Positions 18,695 through 27,871 of a DNA stretch of 64,000 bases are shown here, in pieces. How positions within the stretch are numbered: the stretch's first letter is position 1; each line of letters starts with the position of its first letter. The translations under genes and the position numbers were made by a program. A model generated the notes under the pieces. That model saw nothing but the letters and a program-made list of their open reading frames with translations. It did not search any database and was not told the DNA's origin. The stretch is from positions 858,431-922,430 of the forward strand of contig OZ246395.1 in assembly GCA_965230915.1 (NCBI GenBank). The letters run 5' to 3'. The DNA comes from an uncultured Candidatus Saccharibacteria bacterium (GTDB lineage: Bacteria; Patescibacteriota; WWE3; 2-01-FULL-39-13).

Positions 18695-18760
18695 AAATAA
18701 AAAAACCGCCTCATGATTTTGATTGTCGTAATGACTTTCGCGTCATAAAGCGGGTTAATC
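18695..18760 (-). terminator. Terminator-like structured region 3' of cassette gene P2 (nested hairpins, then UUUUUUUAUUU), where P1 has a hammerhead instead
   Basis: Minus-sense CCGCUUUAUGACGCGAAAGUCAUUACGAC...CAUGAGGCGGUUUUUUUAUUU; the inner AUGAC-GCGAAA-GUCAU hairpin sits inside a longer imperfect stem. Confidence 0.4.
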
Positions 18761-18785
18761 TAAACAGGTTAAGGGTTAGATTCCC

Positions 18786-19139
18786 TTACTTGAGGAGCTT
18801 TAGCTCAGATAGAGGGGGATATGCTGATCCCCAAAAGAAATACTTATCCGAAAATCCAGAACCACTCAATAGTAAGTAGCTAACCGAGGCCATAGGTGTC
18901 GAAGTAAATCGATATTGGTTCCTATCAATTTCCGTCAAGCCAACTCGCCCGTTTCCCCAGACCATAACGCCTGCTAACAGCTGAGGTAAGTATGTTTTCC
19001 GATGTTCTCCTAAATAGGAGTACACTGGGAACATCATTTGGATCAACTCTTCATCCGAGTTGCTAAATACAGGAATCCGCCCCTCTGCTAGAGTCTTTGC
19101 CCAACCACTTACGATAGCATTTAAATCGTCGGTGATCAT
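18786..19139 (-). CDS. Hypothetical 117-aa protein, cassette gene P2, first gene after tRNA-Asn
   Basis: ORF directly downstream of a consensus promoter abutting the tRNA; visibly higher G+C than flanks; no recognisable domain. Confidence 0.65.
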   Translation of the reverse strand: MITDDLNAIVSGWAKTLAEGRIPVFSNSDEELIQMMFPVYSYLGEHRKTYLPQLLAGVMVWGNGRVGLTEIDRNQYRFTSTPMASVSYLLLSGSGFSDKYFFWGSAYPPLSELKLLK

Positions 19140-19186
19140 TATGTCCTCTTTCTTTGTGGATGAACCTTCTAATGAGAATTTGTGAG

Positions 19187-19215
19187 ATTTTAACAGTTTA
19201 CGACAAGCCTGTCAA
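19187..19215 (-). promoter_or_regulatory. Consensus sigma70 promoter (TTGACA-17-TAAAAT) immediately 3' of tRNA-Asn, reading into P2
   Basis: rc of 19210-19215 is TTGACA, rc of 19187-19192 is TAAAAT, spacer 17. Preceded by CCTATAGTG. Confidence 0.65.
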
Positions 19216-19227
19216 CACTATAGGATA

Positions 19228-19302
19228 CGTGGCTCCGCGGGCTGGACTCGAACCAGCAACCTCGAAGTTAACAGCTTCTTGCTCCACCATTGAGCTACCG
19301 CG
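19228..19302 (-). tRNA. tRNA-Asn (anticodon GTT), CCA encoded
   Basis: rc gives TCCGCGG-TA-GCTC-AATGGTG-GAGC-A-AGAAG-CTGTTAA-CTTCG-AGGTT-GCTGG-TTCGAGT-CCAGC-CCGCGGA-G-CCA, a cloverleaf with 7-bp acceptor stem, U33 and anticodon GUU. Confidence 0.9.
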
Positions 19303-19319
19303 GAATATTGGTGCTGCAG

Positions 19320-19348
19320 AGATTTTACTATAGAAACCAGGATTTTCC
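19320..19348 (-). promoter_or_regulatory. Promoter of tRNA-Asn (TTGGAA-17-TAAAAT)
   Basis: Minus-sense CGTTGGAAAATCCTGGTTTCTATAGTAAAATCTCTGCAGC, ending ~15 nt before the tRNA 5' end. Confidence 0.6.
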
Positions 19349-19413
19349 AACGAGAATAAAGCTATTTTGAACATCTTAATGAACAAATCTTCAAATTAAT
19401 ATATCCTTAATTT

Positions 19414-19950
19414 ATGTTCTTTAGACGAACAAAAAATCGAAATACCGGTTCATACATCCGCGACGGCGTATTTGCTGCAAATGACGGCATTATTACCACC
19501 TTTGCAGTTATAGCCGGGTCACAAGGTGCGGGCATTACAGCCGCAGTTGTCATTATTTTAGGCTTTGCAAACCTTTTCGCCGACGGCTTTTCTATGGCCA
19601 GTGGAAACTACCAAGGTATAGAAAGCGAAGAAGCGTACAACAGAGCAAAACACCTCTTTATTCCTCGCGAATCAGAGCCGGCACTTTTGCTACACCCGAT
19701 AATTACCTTCTTATCTTTTATAGTAGCCGGGCTAGCACCACTTTTGCCATATATTTTAGGGCTAGAAAATGAATTCGAGCTTTCTATGGCACTTGTCGCA
19801 GTTTCACTTTTTGCAGTCGGATGTGTTCGAGGATACTATTCAAACAAGGCATTTTTCAGATGCGGATTAGAAAGCCTGGCCATCGGAGGAATTGCAGCAG
19901 CAACTGCTTATTTCATAGGTTACTTTATAGAAACCTACGTTATTAAATAA
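19414..19950 (+). CDS. VIT1/CCC1-family (DUF125) membrane protein, putative Fe/Mn transporter
   Basis: ANDGIITTFAVIAGSQGAG signature plus multiple TM segments. Confidence 0.75.
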   Translation: MFFRRTKNRNTGSYIRDGVFAANDGIITTFAVIAGSQGAGITAAVVIILGFANLFADGFSMASGNYQGIESEEAYNRAKHLFIPRESEPALLLHPIITFLSFIVAGLAPLLPYILGLENEFELSMALVAVSLFAVGCVRGYYSNKAFFRCGLESLAIGGIAAATAYFIGYFIETYVIK

Positions 19951-19955
19951 TCAAA

Positions 19956-20330
19956 TTACCAAGATTTTAAAAAACTTTCTTTAGAATAATCAGTCTTAGA
20001 ATCTTCAAAATAACTATCTTTATTGTTTGCTAAAAAATTGTCCACAGCGCTTTTGTTAAAAACTCTAAATAAAATTGCAATCGGAGTTAGGAACACATAA
20101 AAAACTATAGACAGAATAACTTTCGACATTACCTTGCCCATTGCTTCAGAAAATTGCAGCCAGTAGGTCGAAATTACTCGATTTAATTTAAAATAAATTA
20201 TGTCGTTAATTAAAAGCCAAGCAGCGACTAATATAAAAATTTTGTTTTCTGTAAAGTAAAATAAAACCAAAAAAAATAGTAGAAGCGCATTTATTGTTTT
20301 ATAAACCTCTGAGTCAGAAAGTTTTTTCAT
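19956..20330 (-). CDS. Small polytopic membrane protein (SxtJ-like partner of the carbamoyltransferase). Start moved to the internal ATG MKKLSD...
   Basis: The track ORF starts at a TTG that overlaps the DUF5989 gene; the internal ATG at 20328-20330 sits 2 nt after the DUF5989 stop. 3-4 hydrophobic helices. Confidence 0.6.
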   Translation of the reverse strand: MKKLSDSEVYKTINALLLFFLVLFYFTENKIFILVAAWLLINDIIYFKLNRVISTYWLQFSEAMGKVMSKVILSIVFYVFLTPIAILFRVFNKSAVDNFLANNKDSYFEDSKTDYSKESFLKSW

Positions 20331-20331
20331 T

Positions 20332-20484
20332 TTAAAACAATGTATAAATAAATGGCGAAAGTGCGGTGCCTGAAGTTGACACAATTAACAACCCAACTAT
20401 TAATAAAATAATAATGATTGGCAACAACCACCATTTTTTATTTTGTATTAAAAAGTCGAATAAATCTTTTAAAGTTTCTAGCAT
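20332..20484 (-). CDS. DUF5989-family (SxtK-like) 50-aa membrane mini-protein; absent from the ORF track because it is <60 aa
   Basis: Manual translation gives MLETLKDLFDFLIQNKKWWLLPIIIILLIVGLLIVSTSGTALSPFIYTLF*. The KKWWLLPI...PFIYTLF pattern is typical of small proteins found next to NodU/CmcH carbamoyltransferases. 2-nt gap to the upstream stop. Confidence 0.7.
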   Translation of the reverse strand: MLETLKDLFDFLIQNKKWWLLPIIIILLIVGLLIVSTSGTALSPFIYTLF

Positions 20485-20485
20485 A

Positions 20486-22351
20486 TTAATCAGTTCCTGC
20501 CCTACTAATCATATCGTATTTTTCGACAAATTCTGGCTGCGAATTTTTGTCGAAAAAAAAGTTTCCCATCACTAAATAGTCCATATCAGTTTTCATAAAG
20601 CACAAATATGCTTCATGTGGAGAACAAACGATAGGCTCTCCCCGAACGTTAAAACTTGTATTTACGATTACTCCATAGCCGGTCTTCTCTTTAAATGCAC
20701 TTATTAGCTCCCAATATTTTGGATTTGTATCTTTATTTACCGTTTGTAAACGAGCCGAATAATCTAAATGCGTAATTGCCGGTAAATTCGACCTTTGAAA
20801 ATATAATTTCGGTTGAACATCTAATGCATGATAATTTTGGGGCAACGGTTTGCGAAGTTCTTTGACAATATCAGCGACCAACAGCATATATGGCGATGTA
20901 ATATTTATATCAAAATATTTTTGCGTATCCTCTTGCAGAACCGACGGAGCAAATGGACGAAACCCTTCGCGAAATTTTATTTTTAAGTTTAGCTTTTTTT
21001 GCATTTCAGGATTTCTGGCATCACCTAAAATGCTGCGATTGCCAAGTGCACGAGGTCCCCATTCCATTCTGCCTTGAAACCAACCAACGACATTTCCTTC
21101 AGATAAAAGCTCGGCTGCTTTTTTGGTTAAATCATTAAAATTTTCATAGTATTTAAATTGAGCGTTAAAATTTTTTGCAACGCTTTTAATTTGTGAATCA
21201 CTAAATTCCGGGCCCAAATAACTGCCTTGCATCGAATCATTTTCATTTACTTTTCTATTGCCACCAAAATATAGATAGTATGCTGCGAGCGCGGCGCCTA
21301 AAGCTCCTCCAGCGTCGCCGGCGGCGGGTTGAATCCAGATATTTTTAAATAATTTTTCTTTTACAATTTTGCTGGTAGAAACACAATTTAGGGCGACGCC
21401 TCCCGCTAAACATAAATTTTCTGAACCGGTTAAAGCTTTTGTAGTACGTGCCATTTTTACAACGACTTCATCTGTAATTTGCTGAATAGCCAGAGCTAAA
21501 TTACAATGGCACTGTTCCAAATTTTGTTCAGGATCACGAGTTTTAAATCCAAATAATTTCTGCCATTTATCTTCGTTTATCATTCGTTCACCAATACAAT
21601 AATCAAAATATTCTTGATTTAAGTATATTGATCCATCACTCTTTATATCTACAATTTCTTGTTTAATAATTTCTTTATACTTTTTGATATCGGGCGATTG
21701 AGGATTTCCATATGGAGCCAAACCCATTAATTTATATTCACCCGAATTTACTTTGAATCCAAGAAAATATGTGAATGACGAATATAAAAACCCTAAAGAA
21801 TTTGGGAAATTCATTTCCTTTATATTTGTTATCTTATTGCTGACACCGTGTGAAATAGAAGCCGTTGCCCATTCACCAACGCCATCAATTGTTAAAATTG
21901 CAGCTTCTTCAAAAGGTGATGGATAAAATGCACTCGCAGCGTGCGACAGGTGATGGTCAGAAAATAAAATTTTATTTAACTTTGCGTCACTATCAATTTT
22001 TTTCAGTTCCTTTTTTATTTCTTCTTTTAAAAATAATTTTTCTTTAATCCAAACCGGAATTGCATTTAAAAATGAAACTAATCCACGCGGGGCAAAAATA
22101 TAATATGTTTCAATTAATCTTTCGAATTTTTTGAATGGCTTATCATAAAAAACAACGTTATCTATTTCGTTTAAACTAATATCGGCAAATTCCAAACAAA
22201 ATTTAATTGCATTAGTAGGAAATAATGCGTCTTGTTTTTTTCGTGTAAATCTTTCTTCTTGTGCCGCCGCAATAATTTCCCCATTTTTTATAAGTGCCGC
22301 TGCTGAATCGTGGTAAAAGGCTGAAATTCCAAGTATATATTTATCGTTCAT
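20486..22351 (-). CDS. Carbamoyltransferase, NodU/CmcH family (621 aa)
   Basis: YILGISAFYHDSAAALIKNGEIIAAAQEERFTRKK N-terminus and HHLSHAASAF motif. Confidence 0.85.
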   Translation of the reverse strand: MNDKYILGISAFYHDSAAALIKNGEIIAAAQEERFTRKKQDALFPTNAIKFCLEFADISLNEIDNVVFYDKPFKKFERLIETYYIFAPRGLVSFLNAIPVWIKEKLFLKEEIKKELKKIDSDAKLNKILFSDHHLSHAASAFYPSPFEEAAILTIDGVGEWATASISHGVSNKITNIKEMNFPNSLGFLYSSFTYFLGFKVNSGEYKLMGLAPYGNPQSPDIKKYKEIIKQEIVDIKSDGSIYLNQEYFDYCIGERMINEDKWQKLFGFKTRDPEQNLEQCHCNLALAIQQITDEVVVKMARTTKALTGSENLCLAGGVALNCVSTSKIVKEKLFKNIWIQPAAGDAGGALGAALAAYYLYFGGNRKVNENDSMQGSYLGPEFSDSQIKSVAKNFNAQFKYYENFNDLTKKAAELLSEGNVVGWFQGRMEWGPRALGNRSILGDARNPEMQKKLNLKIKFREGFRPFAPSVLQEDTQKYFDINITSPYMLLVADIVKELRKPLPQNYHALDVQPKLYFQRSNLPAITHLDYSARLQTVNKDTNPKYWELISAFKEKTGYGVIVNTSFNVRGEPIVCSPHEAYLCFMKTDMDYLVMGNFFFDKNSQPEFVEKYDMISRAGTD

Positions 22352-22395
22352 TACAAAGTATTTATATAGTGAAGAAGTTTTTTGAGCAATAGAAT

Positions 22396-23607
22396 CTATT
22401 TAGAAAATACTTTGTTTTGTATTATCTTTGAAACAAATTCGTGGCCAAGTTTATTCCAATGCGCATCTTTTATATAATAAAATTTTTGCCAATCACTTTC
22501 ATTCATGAAATCTTCGGACAAATTTATAATATGACTTTCTTCATAACCTGCAGAAATAATTGCGTTTTTGAAAGTATTAAGTGGGAGGTCTCCATCAATA
22601 TCTGAACCTTCATAAGGCGCTTTATAACTATCTTCTTTTATTTTTAAATTTAACCTAGAAGGAATCACCACAAAATACATATCGATACCTTTTTCATCTG
22701 AAATCTTTTTTGCTTCAATTAAAACCTGCTTTAATTTTTCGTATACTGCATCGCGGTCCGGCTGAAAAGTTTTATTTACATCATCAAAACTTGTGTATTT
22801 ATTATTTGAAATATTTTTATCGTACAAAATTATTTCCTTAGTCTCATAACAGTTTTTATATACACGTACACCTTTATTGTCTGACTCAACTCGGACTACG
22901 TTTGCTCGCGCTTTTAAATAAGTCCCAAAAGAAGAATGTTCTATAAGTGGAACAACCGTACTTTCTACTAGTGGCCTTAATAAACTAGAGATAGGGGAAT
23001 TATCTGAGAAATAACTTTTATCACCCGGACAATTTTTAGACCATTCGCCAGGCATCATAGTTACAATATGCGACGGATAAAAACTCCATACAACTTTTTT
23101 TGGACTTAGCAATTCTACGTCTCGTTTAAAAGCTGCTAATTGTACATCGAAAGGACCACCCCAAATTCCAGCATTATTCATATTTAAAAGTGCAGGAAAA
23201 CTTTCATTATCATTTACCCCAAACCCAAATGTAAATGAATCACCAACAGCTAAAGGTCTACCAACTTCTGAGTCTATAGAGGTTTTACGCAAACCGTATT
23301 GATCAATATGATAAATATATTCCCATTCGGGGCCGCAATGAACCACATAACTATTCTGAGGATAACTATTATAGACAAGTGAATAACCGAATGAAGAGAT
23401 CAGAGTATTCTGTTCTACATCGCCACATTTTTCTTTCATTAAATTATCTTTTGTTGCGTTTATATTGTAGAAAATGGTTTCTGAAATAAACCAAGTCACT
23501 AAAATAGTAATAATTAAAATTGAAATTTTTCCAAAAATTGATTTTGAGGAAGATTTTTTAGGATTCTCGGAATTTATAAATTGAGCATTTTCTTGATCGA
23601 ATTCCAC
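22396..23607 (-). CDS. Membrane-anchored SGNH/GDSL-family hydrolase-like protein (AlgX/AlgJ-like, possible polysaccharide O-acetylation or esterase role)
   Basis: N-terminal TM; block I AVGDSFTFGFG; block V DAHWNKLGH (DxxH). Confidence 0.6.
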   Translation of the reverse strand: MEFDQENAQFINSENPKKSSSKSIFGKISILIITILVTWFISETIFYNINATKDNLMKEKCGDVEQNTLISSFGYSLVYNSYPQNSYVVHCGPEWEYIYHIDQYGLRKTSIDSEVGRPLAVGDSFTFGFGVNDNESFPALLNMNNAGIWGGPFDVQLAAFKRDVELLSPKKVVWSFYPSHIVTMMPGEWSKNCPGDKSYFSDNSPISSLLRPLVESTVVPLIEHSSFGTYLKARANVVRVESDNKGVRVYKNCYETKEIILYDKNISNNKYTSFDDVNKTFQPDRDAVYEKLKQVLIEAKKISDEKGIDMYFVVIPSRLNLKIKEDSYKAPYEGSDIDGDLPLNTFKNAIISAGYEESHIINLSEDFMNESDWQKFYYIKDAHWNKLGHEFVSKIIQNKVFSK

Positions 23608-23623
23608 TTTTCAAGTCTAGATT

Positions 23624-23935
23624 TTAGAAAGCATATTTGCAAACACCCATTTGGTCGGGATAAGTCGGTTCGGGATAAACACATTTTTGTCCAATCGGAC
23701 AACTTTTACCTGTGAAACCTCCACATTTAATTTCTGATGGCATTAGCACATTTTTATCTGCAAAATTTAGCTGATAGAAAAAAATAACGATAATTCCGAG
23801 GGTCATCAATATTCCTAATAACAACAAAAAGGATTGTGTAGCGTTGTAGGTTTCTTTAGCCATATTATAGGATTCCCAATGAATAATTTGTTCGCGTCTA
23901 TATTTATTGTATAGCGGTATTAATATAAGCGTCAA
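23624..23935 (-). CDS. Small membrane protein with Cys-rich C-terminus (likely starts at internal MAKETY..., ~80 aa)
   Basis: One TM helix (LLLLGILMTLGIIVIFF) then CGGFTGKSCPIGQKCVYPEPTYPDQMGVC with 5 Cys. Confidence 0.45.
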   Translation of the reverse strand: MTLILIPLYNKYRREQIIHWESYNMAKETYNATQSFLLLLGILMTLGIIVIFFYQLNFADKNVLMPSEIKCGGFTGKSCPIGQKCVYPEPTYPDQMGVCKYAF

Positions 23936-23948
23936 TAAAACAGAAAAA

Positions 23949-23973
23949 GGCGGAGTTAATCTCCGCCTTTTTT
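23949..23973 (-). terminator. rpoD terminator (GGCGGAG-TTAAT-CTCCGCC flanked by A/T tracts, bidirectional type)
   Basis: Hairpin directly after the rpoD stop; minus-sense U-tract UUUUUCUGUUUUAUU. Confidence 0.75.
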
Positions 23974-23976
23974 AGA

Positions 23977-25260
23977 TTAGTTTAAGTAATCTCTTAGCTT
24001 TCTACTTCGAGATGGATGTCTTAGCTTTCTTAAGGCCTTCGCTTCGATCTGTCTGATACGTTCGCGTGTAACACCAAATACTTTTCCGACTTCTTCTAAG
24101 GTTCTTGGCTTATGATCTTTTAGACCAAAGCGCAATTCTAAAACTTTGCGTTCGCGTTCACTTAAAGTATCTAAAACACCTTCAATATGGCCTTTTAGTA
24201 ATTCATATGAAGCCATATCTTCTGGAGTTTCAGCATCTTCATCGTGAATGAATTCAGCAAGTTCCGTATCTCCTTCTGTACCAACTTTAGCTTGCAAGCT
24301 TGATGGTTCTTGAGAAATTTTTAGAATTTCTTCGACTTTTGCAGGTTCAATTTTTAGAACACGACCAATTTCTTTCGCGGTTGGCTCTCTTTCGTATTTT
24401 TGCTCAAGTTCACGTTGTACACGTTTTAACTTATTGATTGTTTCAATCATATGAACAGGAATACGAATTGTTCTAGCCTGATCAGCAATTGCGCGTGTAA
24501 TGGCTTGTCGAATCCACCATGTTGCATATGTTGAGAATTTAAATCCTCTTCTCCAATCAAACTTGTCGACAGCACGCATTAAACCGATATTCCCTTCTTG
24601 AATTAAATCAGAGAAAGTTAACCCACGATTCATATAACGTTTTGCGATAGAAACAACAAGTCTCAAGTTTGAATTGATCAACTTTTCGCGAGCTTTTTTC
24701 ATTTTGAAAGTCTTGCCGTTTTTTGTGAAATCTTCTAATTGCTGTTTCGCTTCTTCGACTCTATCTTTTTGCTGCTTATCGGTCATTTCGTTTTCGATCA
24801 TTAACTTCGCAATGTGTTTATAAGTTGGATGTTTTAATCCCTGCTTAGTTAATGTTTCCATGGCTTCTTTGTAACCTATGGCTTCGATCATTTTTGCAAG
24901 TTCGATTTCTTCTTTACCTGTTAACAAAGTTTCGCGTCCAATTTCTCGTAAATACATGCGAACTGGATCTCCAGTTATTGCGCGGTCTAATGTTGACTGT
25001 AAAGTCGTATCGTTTAATTCTTTTTCTAAATCAGCTAGTTCTTGATCAGAAACAAGTTCTACTTGCTCGACATCAGTAACTTCGATTTTTTCGTCGGCAA
25101 AAGTTGAATATAATGCATCAAGCAAATCAACATCTTCTTCAGCCTCTGGAACTGCGGCCATAACTTCTTTATAGGTTACATAACCTTTACTTCGACCTTT
25201 GGTCACAAGGTTTTTGATTTTTGGATTGCCTTCTAGGCGTTTCTGAATTTCTTCTGACAT
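23977..25260 (-). CDS. rpoD: RNA polymerase sigma-70 factor RpoD
   Basis: Regions 2-4 conserved: [37 protein letters not shown]...[25 protein letters not shown]; C-terminal HTH. Confidence 0.95.
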   Translation of the reverse strand: MSEEIQKRLEGNPKIKNLVTKGRSKGYVTYKEVMAAVPEAEEDVDLLDALYSTFADEKIEVTDVEQVELVSDQELADLEKELNDTTLQSTLDRAITGDPVRMYLREIGRETLLTGKEEIELAKMIEAIGYKEAMETLTKQGLKHPTYKHIAKLMIENEMTDKQQKDRVEEAKQQLEDFTKNGKTFKMKKAREKLINSNLRLVVSIAKRYMNRGLTFSDLIQEGNIGLMRAVDKFDWRRGFKFSTYATWWIRQAITRAIADQARTIRIPVHMIETINKLKRVQRELEQKYEREPTAKEIGRVLKIEPAKVEEILKISQEPSSLQAKVGTEGDTELAEFIHDEDAETPEDMASYELLKGHIEGVLDTLSERERKVLELRFGLKDHKPRTLEEVGKVFGVTRERIRQIEAKALRKLRHPSRSRKLRDYLN

Positions 25261-25266
25261 GAATTA

Positions 25267-27111
25267 TTATGAAGATAGCTCTGCAAGTTCGTGAGTATAT
25301 ACTTTGACCTGATCCTGGTAAGCATCTAGCTTACTATTGTCGGACATGGCTTCTGCTTGTTTAATGGCTTTTGATAGTTCTTTAAGCTTTCGTTTTAGAA
25401 AGTCCACTTTTAGCCTACGTATAACAGAAGCGATTTCAGCGTCAAAATCCTCACTTTCCTCCAGATCATCTTCGGAATCAATTAAACGATTCTCGCCCAA
25501 TCTCGCATCGGCGAGGTAAATCTTTTCAAATAAGCTGTGTAGTTCGGGCTGATTATCCGATAGTTTATCATAAAAAGCCTTGATATCAACGCTTTTTTTA
25601 CTATCAGCAGCCTTTTTCAGGTCTACAAAGAGTGCCTTTGTATGATCATTAGTAAACAGCTCATCTTCTATAGAATTTGTATAAAATGGCAGGTTGGTCT
25701 TATTCCCTTTTAATAATAGGGAAAGTAAATATACCTCTAGTTGAGGATATTCAGATAGGCCAATTATGTTCTTATTAACGAGGCTATCCCCTTTTTCGTC
25801 ACGTTTTTGCTCAAATTGCTCAAAACTGGTGGCTTTTACCTTTTGTAACTGGGTTTTAACCTCATTTTCGTCCATATCAAAAGCATCGACAAATTTCTTG
25901 ATATATTCGGATTTAACCACCTCATCATCGATTCCTTTTATCATTTGTAAAAGAAATTGCCCCGCGTCTTTCTTGCCGAAAATATCTTCCATATTGTATT
26001 TCTTACTAGCATATATAAAGTAGTAATCCCATAAAGGAACGGCGTCCTTTACTATTTTTTTGAGGGCCTTCGGATCTTTTTTAATAAGCTCATCAGGATC
26101 TTTTACATCGGCTGGCATTATCGCAATTTTTAGATTAAGACCAGCGTTTTTGATAATGTCTATTCCGCGAATTGATGCGTCGGCGCCAGCGACATCATTA
26201 TCAAAAATTAAAATAGCAGCTGGCGCATAGCGTTTTAGTAAATCAATTTGGCCTAAAGTTAATGCTGTTCCTTTTGACGCAACTATATTTTGATAACCAG
26301 CCTGATATGGAGAAATCATATCGAATTCACCTTCGACAATAATTGCTTCCTTTTCTGAGCGGATATGTGCTTTTGCATGATTTAACCCAAACAAAAATTT
26401 TTCTTTATGAAATAGTGGAGTCTCAGGCGTATTTATATATTTCGGTTCCTGATCCGGAAAAAGTGCACGACCTGCAAAACCGACGACGCGGTCCATATGG
26501 TCATAAAGCGGAAACATTAATCTTCCACGAAACATATCGTAAGCATCAGTTCCACTTTTACGTTTTTTACCAAGTCCAGCTCTCTCAATTTCATCGGCTG
26601 TATAACCTGACTTTATTAAAAAATTCGATAAACTATCCCAAGAATTTGGAGCATAACCTAAGCTGAATTCTTTTGCGGTTTCTTTTTTAATTCCGCGCTT
26701 TTTAAGATATTCCCGCGCAGCTTCACCGAATTTATGTTCCATTAAAAGTTTCGAATAAAATTTTTCTGCGATTTTATTCATTTCTAAAATTTTCTCGTTG
26801 AGACCTTTTTCTTTCTTATCAAATTTCGATAGGTCCAATTTCACCCCAGCTTTATCAGCAAGAATTTTTAAAGCTTCGTTAAAATCGACGCCTTCATAAT
26901 CCATAATAAAGTTAAAAATGTCTCCACTTTTAGCACAGCCGAAACATCGGTATCTTTGAATATCTTCTGAAACTATAAATGAGGGAGTTTTTTCGTTATG
27001 AAATGGGCATCTACCTTTGTGATTCTTTCCAGCCTTTTTAAGTGGTACATACTGGCCAATCAGATCTACAATATTCAATTTTTCTTTTATCTGGGTGACT
27101 GCGTCGGACAT
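25267..27111 (-). CDS. dnaG: DNA primase DnaG
   Basis: Zinc-ribbon CPFHNEKTPSF...CFGC, TOPRIM region; upstream of rpoD as in the classic operon. Confidence 0.95.
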   Translation of the reverse strand: MSDAVTQIKEKLNIVDLIGQYVPLKKAGKNHKGRCPFHNEKTPSFIVSEDIQRYRCFGCAKSGDIFNFIMDYEGVDFNEALKILADKAGVKLDLSKFDKKEKGLNEKILEMNKIAEKFYSKLLMEHKFGEAAREYLKKRGIKKETAKEFSLGYAPNSWDSLSNFLIKSGYTADEIERAGLGKKRKSGTDAYDMFRGRLMFPLYDHMDRVVGFAGRALFPDQEPKYINTPETPLFHKEKFLFGLNHAKAHIRSEKEAIIVEGEFDMISPYQAGYQNIVASKGTALTLGQIDLLKRYAPAAILIFDNDVAGADASIRGIDIIKNAGLNLKIAIMPADVKDPDELIKKDPKALKKIVKDAVPLWDYYFIYASKKYNMEDIFGKKDAGQFLLQMIKGIDDEVVKSEYIKKFVDAFDMDENEVKTQLQKVKATSFEQFEQKRDEKGDSLVNKNIIGLSEYPQLEVYLLSLLLKGNKTNLPFYTNSIEDELFTNDHTKALFVDLKKAADSKKSVDIKAFYDKLSDNQPELHSLFEKIYLADARLGENRLIDSEDDLEESEDFDAEIASVIRRLKVDFLKRKLKELSKAIKQAEAMSDNSKLDAYQDQVKVYTHELAELSS

Positions 27112-27180
27112 ATTAAAAATTCAAAATGAAAATATTAGTTTCACTATAGCAGAATATTTTATTTATAAATTTAATACTGT

Positions 27181-27230
27181 GCTTAGCAACCATTAGTTTA
27201 TCCAATTTGGATTCTTTATGGTTGCTAAGC
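27181..27230. repeat. Perfect 13-bp inverted repeat (GCTTAGCAACCAT...ATGGTTGCTAAGC) between islet gene A and dnaG; insulating hairpin/terminator
   Basis: Read directly; 24-nt loop; no strong U-tract. Confidence 0.5.
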
Positions 27231-27253
27231 AACGCAATGTTCGATAACTTTTC

Positions 27254-27871
27254 TTACCGAATAATAAAACCGCCGAAATCAGTGTACCTGAGTGGCTGGC
27301 TTTCCTCACTACCAGCGGGAACCATTACGCGACAGTGGCGTAATCGAGTAAGTACAAGAACTTCTCCCCAGAAGGTTTGTAAATACAGCATTTCCTCGGT
27401 ATGGCGATAAAGCACATGTCTTCCAGTAGTCATGTCTAGCATACTGCAAACTTCAATCTGTCCCGATAGACTGTCTGAATAGGTTATGGTCGCCCCCATT
27501 GTTTCTTCTTTGCCATACCATTTTTCTGGTTTCTCTATCGCTTCGTTTATTGCAAACTCAGAAATATGGTCAGACTGCTCATTCCAGAGTGGCAGGCCGC
27601 GAGACTCATCTGGAATTGTCTCGTATCTGACTAATTGCCCCTTGAGGTCTGTGACTTCACGCACAACTCTGAAGTAAGGCTGAACTCGACCAGTTAGGAT
27701 TTCCTGCATGTTCCTGCCATAAGACTTCACGTACGGCGACATCTCTAAAACAAACTGATCCCGGTCAGAGTTTAATTTCCGGCTTATGGTTACTTCTGTT
27801 CCATCGTTTGTCTGTCCAACCAAGAACCCGTTAGACATCCTAAGTGCTACGGAAAGTAACAAAGGATACAT
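27254..27871 (-). CDS. Hypothetical protein, GC-richer islet gene A (start at internal ATG MYPLLL...)
   Basis: Extended -10 TGGTATAAT (rc of 27924-27932) places the transcript start downstream of the track TTG start at 27922. N-terminal hydrophobic segment; no recognisable domain. Confidence 0.6.
   Translation of the reverse strand: MYPLLLSVALRMSNGFLVGQTNDGTEVTISRKLNSDRDQFVLEMSPYVKSYGRNMQEILTGRVQPYFRVVREVTDLKGQLVRYETIPDESRGLPLWNEQSDHISEFAINEAIEKPEKWYGKEETMGATITYSDSLSGQIEVCSMLDMTTGRHVLYRHTEEMLYLQTFWGEVLVLTRLRHCRVMVPAGSEESQPLRYTDFGGFIIR

Noticed and set aside
19205-19222. CACTATAGG next to both tRNAs as a T7/SP6-like single-subunit RNAP promoter
   Set aside because: Orientation relative to downstream genes is inconsistent across copies. 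Several copies read ACTATGGG or ACTATAGT, a palindrome. No phage RNAP gene is in the window. Better explained as an operator or UP-like element.
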